Shown here one piece after another: positions 50,888 through 63,370 of a stretch of DNA of 64,000 nucleotides. The stretch comes from Paraphysomonas bandaiensis (Eukaryota; Protista; Chrysophyceae). Each line of letters opens with the position of its first letter. Position 1 is the first letter of the stretch. Location of the stretch: assembly GCA_965644295.1 (NCBI GenBank), contig CBFFRP010000263.1, positions 124,001-188,000 on the forward strand. The letters are read 5' to 3'. The notes below the pieces were generated by a model. That model did not search any database. It had not been told where the DNA came from and was given only the letters and a program-made list of their open reading frames with translations. The translations under genes and the position numbers were made by a program.

Positions 50888-53843
50888 GACAACAGCATCG
50901 GAGGGGCAGCACCCACATCGGAGGGGCAACACCGTAGTCCCGTTTTTCTGTTCTGTATGTGAATATTAGTATGATCGAATGGGGATGGCGGGCTCTTCAT
51001 ATCTACACACCACATCCAAATAAGCATATCTTCATATTAAAACTATTCGGAATGTACTGTTGTGTTGTTGTGCCCACTGTAGAAACTTAATTTTATCGAT
51101 TTTATGCTGTAATGATGCAGGAAAACCACCCAAATAATGACCACAGTGGGGACCACACAATCCCATTATCATGAAGTGCTCGTGACAATCATACATCCCT
51201 AGTAGATGAAGACTGTCCCCTGGATGATTTGTCATTAGATATCTTTTGAAGGAGCTTCAGAAAGAGCTATCAGCGGATGAGGTATACGACGAAAAGTGTT
51301 TACATGAAGCTCTTCTGCAGCAGTGCAGGGCAACTATGAAAGGAAGGATATATGCAAAGATACCCAAAGAGAATGGGGAAATGGAGGGAGAAACAAAACT
51401 AGGAGACAAGATTTGAAGATAGGTGGCATTGAATATATATCATTATGCTTTATCATGAAGACTTTAAAGCGAACTAGAATTTAAGGACATACATACTTCC
51501 CTTGCAGTAAGCTGTAAGACGAAGTTGTTTGTGAGTATGGATTTCATGATATAAACAACTAATGTGGTGTACGTTGTAGATCGCCGTAATGATATTGCAT
51601 TTCGGTCAATAGTACATACTTAAATCATCGTATGCCTTATTTGCATAAACCATTTGATGTAACCTAAAACTGTAATGATGTATATTATACTTTCCGTGTA
51701 GTAAGCTATTTATGCATGTATATTGCATGATGTAACAAGTGTAATGTATGCTGTAGGCCGCTGCAATGATATTCGAATTTGTTTTTGTTAATTGCACATA
51801 CTCAAACCTTCGTATGTCACAACTATTTGTCTAACGTTATCTCGCAGCAGCAATTTCTAGCGAGCGTGTGCAAGCAAGCTAGGGACTATTTATTATAGTT
51901 TACAGACAATCGTTTCAATATACTCATGCTAAGGTATAGCAAGTAGCTATGTAACGCTTGTAAAATGTTTATATGTGCGCGAATAATAAGACGAAGAGCC
52001 GTTGCATCTAACACTATTATAAAACGGGACAACCTCACCCCTGTACGTCATTTGTCTAAATTTTAAAGTCTAAAATTATTACTACCTGCCAAACTGTGTC
52101 TAGGTACAAGTAGGAAAAGGCTTGTTAAGCCCCTGATATAGTGGAGAAATTTTGCAAGGAGGAGGGGTGAGAAGAAAGAAATAATGCCGCAGCTTTGGCG
52201 AAACATGCGAAGGCGGCTTAGGCTCTGTTGGGAAGGTAATCAGAGAAGGACAGGTTTAATTCCTTATCTCCAGAGCAGTATAAGGCTGAGAAAGTGACCA
52301 AGAAAAGAGTAGGAGCTGAAGCAATAAGACAGAAGTTTGAAGCAGTCGCTGGAGAATTAGCTGAAGCTCTTGTTTTCCTTGAAACATATCATCGTTGAAG
52401 AGTATCTGAGTTAAACGTTTTTGAAGTATATTAGTTGAAACATGTCTTGTTTGAAAAGTGTTTTAGTTGTAACATGTCTTGTTTGAAAAATATATTAGTT
52501 TTAACATATTTTGTATGAACAAATGAGAAGTATTCTAGCTGAACCATGTTTTGTTTAAAAAGTGTATTAAGTAGAAACGTACTAACCTTTTTTAAAAGTA
52601 TCTGAATTGAAACAACTTTTGAAACATCTAAACGATGTATGAAATAAATTTCCCAGGAATAGTATGAGAAAAATTCCATGTACTTGCACGAAACAGATTG
52701 CTTACGAGGCCAGGAAGCAAGCAGTATAACCGTTTTTCGTCTTATTATTCGCGCACATATAAACATTTTACAAGCGTTACATAGCTACTTGCTATACCTT
52801 AGCATGAGTATATTGAAACGATTGTCTGTAAACTATAATAAATAGTCCCTAGCTTGCTTGCACACGCTCGCTAGAAATTGTTGCTGCGAGATAACGTTAG
52901 ATAAATAGTTGTGACATACGAAGGTTTGAGTATGTGCAATTAACAAAAACAAATTCGAATATCATTGCAGCGGCCTACAGCATACATTACACTTGTTACA
53001 TCATGCAATATACATGCATAAATAGCTTACTACACGGAAAGTATAATATACATCATTACAGTTTTAGGTTACATCAAATGGTTTATGCAAATAAGGCATA
53101 CGATGATTTAAGTATGTACTATTGACCGAAATGCAATATCATTACGGCGATCTACAACGTACACCACATTAGTTGTTTATATCATGAAATCCATACTCAC
53201 AAACAACTTCGTCTTACAGCTTACTGCAAGGGAAGTATGTATGTCCTTAAATTCTAGTTCGCTTTAAAGTCTTCATGATAAAGCATAATGATATATATTC
53301 AATGCCACCTATCTTCAAATCTTGTCTCCTAGTTTTGTTTCTCCCTCCATTTCCCCATTCTCTTTGGGTATCTTTGCATATATCCTTCCTTTCATAGTTG
53401 CCCTGCACTGCTGCAGAAGAGCTTCATGTAAACACTTTTCGTCGTATACCTCATCCGCTGATAGCTCTTTCTGAAGCTCCTTCAAAAGATATCTAATGAC
53501 AAATCATCCAGGGGACAGTCTTCATCTACTAGGGATGTATGATTGTCACGAGCACTTCATGATAATGGGATTGTGTGGTCCCCACTGTGGTCATTATTTG
53601 GGTGGTTTTCCTGCATCATTACAGCATAAAATCGATAAAATTAAGTTTCTACAGTGGGCACAACAACACAACAGTACATTCCGAATAGTTTTAATATGAA
53701 GATATGCTTATTTGGATGTGGTGTGTAGATATGAAGAGCCCGCCATCCCCATTCGATCATACTAATATTCACATACAGAACAGAAAAACGGGACTACGGT
53801 GTTGCCCCTCCGATGTGGGTGCTGCCCCTCCGATGCTGTTGTC
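50888..53843. mobile_element. Foldback element with ~1.1-kb terminal inverted repeats
   Basis: Arms 50885-51995 and 52736-53846 are colinear reverse complements; I saw two mismatches. Flanking direct repeat ggtgtacc at 50880-50887 and 53844-53851. Mirrored ORFs in the ORF track confirm the inversion. Confidence 0.85.
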
Positions 53844-54346
53844 GGTGTACCGGCTGTAGGAATTCCTAGGTATGTAAAGAAATGGAATTTCTATGGCACG
53901 AAATCTGTATTTTTAGGAGCCGGCGACCTAAAATTGATAAGACGAGTTCCAATCCACCATCTAAAATTCTAGTATTTTGTTAAACTATGAATCTAATAAA
54001 TCTGAAAAAACTTGTTTTCTAACCGAAAAAGCATACTTAGAAACGAAAATAGGGATTAGATGCAATAAAGCAGCAGTATATGACAGTTCCTTTTTGACGA
54101 CATATACCGGCCTGATACAGTGTATTATTACCCAGATATAACTCATCGTCTAGTTCTGAAGTAACCTCATCAAATCACTCCGCTTGCTACATCTTCATAG
54201 CGATATAGAGACAACCCATACGTTTCCTCCATCGCTTTCTAATGAGATGGCTCATATGATATACCGTCTATTGTATGCACGAGCTCTGTAATGTGTTTGA
54301 TGAATAGTGTGCGTTATATTTGAATATTGTTAAGTAGTGTAATAGC

Positions 54347-56844
54347 ATGGACTTTTCTTCCCCAGATGGATGGAGAAAGGTGAAAGTAATCGGACGAGGT
54401 GGGTCAAGTACAGTATATGAGGTTGATATCGTTGGAACTGATTTGGTTGTCGCTGCGAAAGAAATTCACATCGATGGGTTGACTAAAGACCAGGTGCTCG
54501 CTATAGAGGCTGAGATCGACACTATGAAAAGTTTGCAACATCAAAATATAGTTAATTATCTTGGAACTCAGCGACAAGAAAATTATTTCTACATTTTTTT
54601 GGAGTATGCTGACATGGGAAGCTTACGTCAACTTTATCAGAACCGCGGCGCTCTGTCAGAGCACCAAGCGGCACTCTGCACATGGCATATACTCAACGGG
54701 CTGTCGTATCTACATTCCAATGGTATTGCTCATAGGGATATCAAAGGGGCCAATGTTTTGCTGACTCATAAAGGTGAACCCAAGCTAGCAGATTTTGGTG
54801 CCTCGAAAAGATTCGACACTGCCTCTATAGTTAGCGGACTAAAAGGTACATTATCACAAGTTCGTTACCTGTTGGTGTACTCATGTCTTTTTCACTGTTC
54901 ACACAGGCACTCCTCACTGGATGGCTCCTGAAGTAATCAAGGGCACTCAGATGACCACCGGCTGGATGAAAGCAGACGTGTGGAGTTTGGGATGTACAGT
55001 AGTCGAGATGCTAACAGGTGCTTTTCTTGCTGACCTACCATATATCTATCGTATATGTTCTTATGTATACATTCGACTGACTGGCTGTCTATTACAGGAG
55101 ATCTTCCTTTTTCCGAATTTGAAAACCCGATGACTGCGATGTACCACATTGCTAACGGCATGTCCCCTCCTTTGAGGGATGTTCCTGTATCAGATCATGC
55201 AAGAACATTTGTGGCTGCTTGCACCACTGTTGACCCTTTTGAGCGCCCCTCTGTAGACGAGCTGCTACGTCACCCCTTCCTAGCATCTTGTAGTGCGGGA
55301 GAGTTTCTGTCGTTGGATGATTGCGACAGGTCATCAGACGTACATGATTATTCACCGGTTGTCGATTCCCGACCTCCTCCCCCGCCAGAGGAAGTCACTT
55401 GTAAAGAAGAAAATCCCGCACTCGATAGGGCTATCACAATAGACGCCCAGACGCAATCGGCCGAGACAAGTGGTACCAGTCTAGAGAGCCTTCAGGCTCA
55501 AAACACACCACAGATACACAAAACCCGTAAGACTCGACCTAAACCGGTTTCCAGTGAAGCTACTTCCACCCGTCCTACTATCAAGACGCAGCATGGTCTT
55601 CCCCCCCGTGCGACCGCAGGAAATTACGGCCAGTCAACTCAGTCTGGTACGAGGTATCCAACACCTCCGCAGGATCCTAAAGCCTCTACACAACACACGC
55701 CCCGATCTAGAAAGCATAGTAGTAACATCGGTGTGCGGGAAGAGGGAAATAGAGACAAATTTCTTGCTACTATGGATGCTTCAAACCGTGATGCTACAGG
55801 GGATTCACAAACGTCACTGATAGCGCAGACTCAAAATGCTCACTCACCCAGTGGACTGGATTCGGGACAATTAGTTGCGCAAGATTCTTCTAGCATTTCG
55901 AATGAGATTGACACTCTCGCAGGTTCTCTAGAGAGGAATCTGGGCGTCTTCTCAGAGGAGAACTTACAACGACATGATCAGCATAACCACCAGGAGCATG
56001 ATAATTCTGATAATTCTAAGGGTGAAAATGACAATCGCGTTGTCAGTATTATTTCCCACACAGCGCCTAATAGGGGGGGCTCCAGCTTGACGGAGAGTGG
56101 CGATGGGAGCGAAAACTGGCAGAACGAAGACACTAAGCTGGACGACATTAATGTAAGTGTATATTATGAATGTCCATCGACCTGCTTCTCACGCATATGT
56201 AGGGGCCGTTGAAGGTTGGCAATGAAAACACTATTTCTAACCCCCTTCGCCCTATCGCACCTCTTTCTAGCCAAAAGCTTAGTCTGTGTTCCGAGCCTTC
56301 CACAGGTGGTGTGCATATGACAAAGGGAAAGAGTAAGTCTGGCCTTCTGTTAGTTAAGAAGGACGCCTACCCAGTCCACCTAAAGCATGGCACGCTCGCC
56401 CATAGTAATCATGCTTTGCACATACACCCCCACGACAAACATCAGCTGAACTCGAAACCACTTAAACCATTGCGCAAACGAACAAAGCTAAGATCAAAAT
56501 CTGCCAATGTTTCTGGTGGGGGCTCTTCTATCGCCCTTCCACCTATGGAGAGACAGCCTAACGCTCTGCGAGCTCTAAAAAACCCAATGATTCCACAGCT
56601 GCAGCTACGCGTCATTCAGTCTGCCCCGTCCGTTTCTCGATCTGTTAATTTGCCCCCGATATTGTCAAGTAAAACTCCGAACAAGCTCCAATCCACGGCA
56701 CACAATTCGTATAGTAAGTGTAAACGCAGCCATGCTACTTCGTCCTCCCCGAGACATCTCGGTACACTTGGATCCCAGGGTCTCACTGGGGTATGTAAAA
56801 TGGAAGATGAAAAGGGTGGCATACTGGCTCCGAGAAAGGGCTGA
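54347..56844 (+). CDS. STE11/MAP3K-family Ser/Thr kinase with long disordered C-terminus
   Basis: [38 protein letters not shown], spliced [11 protein letters not shown] and [16 protein letters not shown]. Confidence 0.92.
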
Positions 56845-57516
56845 GTGATGCTCACTGGCACTGCTTTGCTTTATATAGTTACGTATATGATTTATGACAC
56901 TGCGCTTTAGGTGCAGTTTTCTCTGTCGAATTCATATAACCGCTCCCGGCTTTACTATTGGAACTGCTGTGTGAAACTTTTTAGTTTACAATAAATGTAT
57001 ATAACTGTGTGTCATTATTCAGGCCCTTGGTTAGAGGGTGTGTTCCCATTTGAAGTAGTTGTAATTTAAATAAGCTTAATCGAATTATTGGAAGCTCTTG
57101 TGCGTCCTTCAGTTAATTTGAAATTTGTAATATACTTTAAAACTGTTCGATGTATTAACATATATTTACCGTGACCATTAAAAAGCATGGAATTAGCTTC
57201 GCTTCAATTTGGTTCATGAACAAGATACGTGGAGTGTACGGCCCCCGCGATATATTACATTGATGACTTTATTCTCTATTCCCACACAGATCGATACATC
57301 CAACAGTTTCAAATATACGTTATATTATCCTTGATTCAGGTACATTATAATTAGTGTCTATGGTATATGTCAATTTTGAAATTTATACGAAATACAGATT
57401 TTGAGGCAAGGTGTGTAAATACTAAACAGAATAATGGATGAATAAAAGGTATTGTAACAAAGTATCGCATTAACCGTAGAAAGAAATTTAACGTAATAGA
57501 ATCAAAACATTTCAGT

Positions 57517-59129
57517 TTACGAGCCAATACTCTTGAGCGTTTGCCGTGCCAACTGAAGCTTCTGTTCATACGTTAGTGTTGACGGCTGGGACTGCTTCAC
57601 CACCTGTGTATCACTCACTTCAGTTCGAGTCTTGACACGACGACTTCGAGTATAGAGAACAACTGCAGCAGTTACGATGCAGCAGCTGACCAACAGAACA
57701 CAGCCAAAGATTACTGTCATCTGCTGTGCACGTCTTTCTTCCTCATCCCAGAATTCTGTTTCGAGCTTCATAGCCTCACGTTGCTCGAGGAGATGAGAAA
57801 CAGCTTGTTCAATTGCTTCTTCTGGAACAGAAGTCATTGGATCTTCGTCAGCAGCATGTCTGTACGCTGCCCATTGACCTAGGCGTACAGCAGCATATGT
57901 TCCCATTCCTAGCGCTAGTACACCTGCACCCGACAGGGCTCCAAGAGTTGCAATTCCTGCTGCAGCTCCTCCTCCACCAGATGCCAAAGTACCACCACCC
58001 TAAACAAAACCACGCAATGCATAAGCAAAGTTTCATAATACGATAGCATCATCTTCCGTACCCACGACGCAAGAGTGCTCATCATCTGCATATAGCCAGC
58101 ACCGTTTGCAGTGACAAGCGCATAAACACCCGCAGGTGCTACGAGAGTAGCTCCAGTGGCCGCAGCTTTACCCGATACTCCAGCTGAGTCATCAGGTAGA
58201 ACGTAATGCAAACTTCCACAACTATATATAATATCATCATGAACAAGTCAATATCCACTTGATTAGCTTTGTACCTTCCTAGGATGGGAGCTAAGGTGAG
58301 GGCCACTGGACCTGCTGCCATATTGGATATTCCAAAAAGAGAAGCCAGACCAGACTTTGCGCCTATTCCTGCCACAGAGAGAGAAGTGGTCCCAAGAAGG
58401 CCAGTACCACTGGAGGATATGGCAAGGGCGAGTGGAGCCATACGGTGCAAACCCATAGCGGTTACAACTCCAGAATGTGCGGTGACAGAACTTGTTGTAG
58501 CTGAAACACGAACCTGAAGATCTTCTAACTCGTTTATGAGAGCAGAGCGTGATTCAGGATCAGAGAAGAACTCTCTCACCAAACTGTCCTTTAACAATGT
58601 CTGCATTCCGGATACCAGGAGTGACATATATCTTCCTGCTGGCATCTTTGAAGAGATATGTTCCAGAACAATGATATCTACAAAATAATCAACTACGAGA
58701 TAAAAGAATAAGGTATATAGAGTGACCTCGTAGCCATTGTCGCTGATCTTTTTCACTTAAGTCTTCATTAAGAAATCGAGGATGAATCACAACAAAAATC
58801 TCGTACATCATTTGAGTTAAATTTGTGAGGCTTTCTGCTCCTTGAAGTCCTTCTATTAAGGATGCTGCAGTTTGTAGCCGCCCAGCTGATCCCGCTCCCT
58901 GTAATGGTATTGCAAAACTCATACACGATAACATCCATAGCAACAACAATACCAACAGGGCCTCTGTGTTTGCGGCGAGAACGAAGTCAAACATGCGCGT
59001 TCGGACTTCTTCTCTCGCGTGTTCGAGAGCAGTAAGAGTATCCAACTTGGAATCATTGTTTGTGGTTGTAGTGGTAGAGGCATACGACAATGATACCACT
59101 ACAAACAACACTGATACAAAGACCTTCAT
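57517..59129 (-). CDS. Hypothetical secreted/membrane protein with Gly/Ala-rich (glycine-zipper-like) segments and C-terminal TM, multi-exon
   Basis: Signal peptide MKVFVSVLFVVVSLSYAS; several same-strand ORFs separated by short GT-AG introns. Confidence 0.6.
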
Positions 59130-59414
59130 GATGGTTAAGAATTATACGTACCCTCCTTACAAGATTTTAAGCATCGCTGGAGGATTGCTGCAGAAGTCAG
59201 TTGCAGAGCTGCCAACTGACAAATCGTACGAGAAAATGTCTCGAAAATGATTAGAAAATAATCGAACACTTCATTTTGAACTTCACTGACACAACTGACG
59301 AAAAGAACTCACTTCATATCTATAATACACAACTACACGAATACACTGCTGTATACCCGTCTATTTTTGTACAAACAGTGTACACTCTTCTTTGCATATT
59401 TCTCTATAGGTAAT

Positions 59415-60067
59415 ACAAAATGGGGTTATTTTGGAGGTGTGGTCGAAAGAAGTCTCTTTTTTGAAAGAAGAAAGAGCGAAATCATGACCTGCAACAAGTT
59501 TTAACACACATATCACCATATTACACCACAAACCAAAGCATATTATGCGAATATTTTATTGATGTTATGAGTAGTCATCTGTCTCATTATGAATCTGGCA
59601 TAGAAAGTGACTTAGACGTTATTGCCAACTAAGTTGTCTGAGGTGGAACCTCCATATGTTGCCGAAGGGATTCAAGTCAATATAAGAGAAATAAGCGATT
59701 ACAACAAGAAAACAGCATGTCCACATGTTAAAGTGGCATTGGTAGACTCATTTTTTGTTAATGTCAAGTGTGTACTGTACCTGTATGTGACATATGGGTA
59801 CTTATTATCATATATCACATACAGGTACAGTACACACTTGACATTAACAAAAAATGAGTCTACCAATGCCACTTTAACATGTGGAGATGCTGTTTTCTTG
59901 TTGTAATCGCTTATTTCTCTTATATTGACCTGAATCCAAGAATATGCTTTGGTTTGTGGTGTAATATGGTGATATGTGTGTTAAAATTTGTTGCTAGTTC
60001 ATGATTTCATTCTTCTTTCAAAAAAACGACTTCTTTTGACGACACCTCCAAAATAACCCCATTTTGT
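59415..60067. repeat. Nested inverted repeat / long hairpin (MITE-like)
   Basis: Outer arms 59415-59544 and 59941-60067; inner arms 59668-59796 and 59809-59937; 12-nt loop. Confidence 0.9.
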
Positions 60068-61293
60068 CTTATACATAAACAGAGGAGTAACAGTAAAGTA
60101 GACTGTGCACTGTGCGCCCTGATGGGCAGTGAGAATCAGCCGTGTAGTATGTTAAGTCATATACCATATTAGGTGAGCTGATGTCCAATCGAGTTGCTCT
60201 CTGTGTGTTATGAGTAGCCCAGTGAGGCACATGTCCTAGGATAATATGTGGCTGTAACAGCGACTACATTAATTACACTGTTGTAACACGTTTTCAGCTA
60301 TAACGTTGCGTAATAAGAGGTTGGGCTGTGATCCTATGCTAATCTCCAACAATTAAAGCTTCAACGCAATATCCTGCGAATAATGAAACCCTTGGTTATC
60401 ACTGAAAAGCAAGAGTTTTCTTTTTGTACCGTTGATTGTGAAGCTTTTATTTCAATAGTAAATATATGCATACGATATATCACAAGTTAATACCAAATGA
60501 CCTTTCGACCAGGAGCTTTAATTATATTTGCCAGTTATTATATTGAGAACCAGATATATGTACACATTAGAAACACTTATACCAAGTATATCATGACCGT
60601 ATATGTATATTACAGGTGTGGACATATAAATGAATAGGAATGAGTCAATTAGCAGTATTTGATGTGTGATACTGTAATTCACTATCGAGGCTACACGGCT
60701 ACACTATATACTATATAGCACACGTAATACCCAGACGTACAGCCAATTTCAACCATATAATAATATGGGGTCGAATCTACTACGTGCGAATGTATATTTA
60801 GGTATCATATATGCCCCTGAGTCGATCTACTGTACTGGTCCGCAGTAATTTTGTAGCATATATATAATATATACATTATTGAAGCTATTTATGCAGCATT
60901 GTACTTGGTAACTCCAAGGTTAACACTTAATCGTAATACTAATTACTGTTTATACTTACGAGAGGAAAGTAATCTCTTAAAACACTAGATATATCACATA
61001 ACACAAACGAAAGAGACAACTTGAGGTTAGTTGCGAATAAACTACATTTATTATATCAGAAGGTAGATTATAATGGCTGTACAAATGTGATAACATTGCA
61101 TAGTTCTTCGCACGATGGGCACAGCACACTACTCTCATAGGTAACACGAACTTCAATAGGAGAGCGGCATAGAGATATGATGTATCGCACAACACAACAG
61201 CATAAATGACTAGCTAACCAGGTAAGCACACAGGACATGCATCATATCCGTCGTAGCAGCGGAAATAACAAACTCAAGATTGGAGTTGCAAAG

Positions 61294-62302
61294 TTAGCAC
61301 AGAATGCACCCAGGCTGGTACGCCGCGGCCTGCTTAACTTCCGCAAGTCCTTGCTCAGCCCGCTCCCTGGAGACTTCAGTATCTTGTGCAATTTTGTCAA
61401 TGGTGCCTCCTTGGGACTCAACGATATGTGCCATATCCCTATGATCACATGAAATGTGTACATCATTCATTTCACATATACTGAAGATTAGAACTCACCG
61501 GAACATCTCATTTACCATTACGAGGTCATGATTTATTTTCTTAATATCGCGTTCGCGCTCTTCAATAATTGCCATGTCCACATCCTCTCCTTGCAGCATC
61601 AGCTGCTGCTGTTGTTGTTGCTTCCGCTGGGATGAAGGAGATGCGCTATCACTGTTGTCATAGGCTGCAGAAAATGTTTCAGAACTTTTTCCATCGCGGC
61701 TGCCAGGTGCCGGAGAAGAATTGCGATCTACCCTTATAACAGAGTAATTCTTTAGAATATTCTGATAGAGAACTTTCACACGCTCGTGATCCTTTTGCAA
61801 TTTAACAACGCTCACACGACGACCAACAGCCTGATCTCTAGGAAGAGTATTAACTTCTTTGATATGTGCGTCTAACTGAAAAAACAAAAATTAAAACATC
61901 TCATGCCGACACGACTTTCGACCTTGTCTTTCAGTTGCGCTGCTATTCCCTTGAGTACCTTGACATGACTATCTAACCTGCAAGAACAATCATTAACAAA
62001 ATATTATTACAACAGCGTATTACATACTCGGCTTTTGTTGCTGGACTAACTGGACTCTTCCCTGCGGCATCAACTTTCGACTTGACAGTATTACATGTGG
62101 CCTAATATATACAAATGAGATGTACAAACAAACAAACCAGGTCCTATAGTACTTGAAATTTTGTCAAAAGGTCTCCAATTTCACCCACTGCACCATCTAG
62201 ATTGGACCCCGCGGAATTAACGGACGCCCTCTGAGGCATCCTAAACTCATTTGAACTGCCGCCTCTATTATTATCAGATGTACCGAAATCAGTAAACGAC
62301 AT
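61294..62302 (-). CDS. Syntaxin (Qa-SNARE, Syx7/12/Pep12-like) ending in a CaaX motif
   Basis: MSFTDF start; KLQKDHERV (Habc); SNARE motif IIEERERDIKKINHDLVMVNEMFR|DMAHIVESQGGTIDKI...GLAEVKQAAAYQPGCILC*. Confidence 0.88.
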
Positions 62303-62506
62303 TTCTATTCTCTAAGCTTAAAGCTTTCGAGAAGGACTACCTCTAAAATATAGAAAACAAATAATATTGCCCTCTGTCCTAATATACCACAAGGAAAATA
62401 TAATGAGCGAAACCAGAAGAGTAAGCTGCTGTATAGGTATGCATATACACAGGAAGCATACTGCTGTACAGAGGAGAAAAACCAACCAAACATGTGATCG
62501 TACCTC

Positions 62507-62788
62507 TGTATGTATGTATGTATGTATGTATGTATGTATGTATGTATGTATGTATGTATGTATGTATGTATGTATGTATGTATGATCGTACCTCTGTATG
62601 TATGTATGTATGTATGTATGTATGTATGTATGTATGTATGTATGTATGTATGTATGTATGTATGTATGTATGTATGTATGTATGTATGTATGTATGTATG
62701 TATGTATGTATGTATGTATGTATGTATGTATGTATGTATGTATGTATGTATGTATGTATGTATGTATGTATGTATGTATGTATGTATG
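62507..62788. repeat. (TATG)n microsatellite, interrupted by a duplicated atcgtacctctg spacer
   Basis: Two TATG blocks, each preceded by tgatcgtacctctg (~62495 and ~62583). Confidence 0.98.
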
Positions 62789-62804
62789 CATGGTATACTG
62801 GAGT

Positions 62805-63370
62805 ACAGCAGTATGAGGATATGGTCAAGAGGTATGTGGAATTGTCTACTCGTCTCATCTGTGTGGGTGCGATTTTGATGATGTCTTGCCATTAGTCCCA
62901 AGCTAAGTGGATCATGAAGAAATTCTTGATCTGGGTGATATCCGGGTACAGATTGATAGTTTAATTCGTCAGCACCCTGCTTTGATCGAAGCTTCGCATT
63001 TCGATAAGCAGAAGTCAAGAGTCAGCGTGACGGGAAAATAACTGAACGGATGTGGAAAAACACAAGCGCAAGACTTTCTAGCAAATGATGAAGTACCTGA
63101 AGACGAGGGTGAAATCTGTAAGGAGAAGAAGGAGGAAGACAACCGAAAACACAATAATGCACGCATGAAGCTGCCAACACGACATCGTTGCATATTTATT
63201 GCATTTGTATTTTGTATAGAACTATGAATGCTTGTGAGATGTTGTTTAGCAGAACTAAGGTTGTTATGACTGGTTTTCGTAAGCAAATGACATATAAGCA
63301 TTAAATTGAATGCTTGGCCAACGTATAATGTTAGCTAAAGCGAATTTTCTTCTGCGATTCAATATGATAT
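62805..63370 (+). pseudogene. Degenerate hAT transposase C-terminal region
   Basis: My translation gives QYEDMVKRYVELSTRL, LGDIRVQIDSLIRQHP and TMNACEMLFSRTKVVMTGFRKQM, resembling the hAT dimerisation motif (TSxxxERxFS...R); in-frame stops and frameshifts are present. Confidence 0.6.

Noticed and set aside
51032-53699. Duplicated small ORFs (MTNHPG..., MQLTKT...) as gene pairs
   Set aside because: They are mirror images produced by the inverted arms, with no protein-family features.
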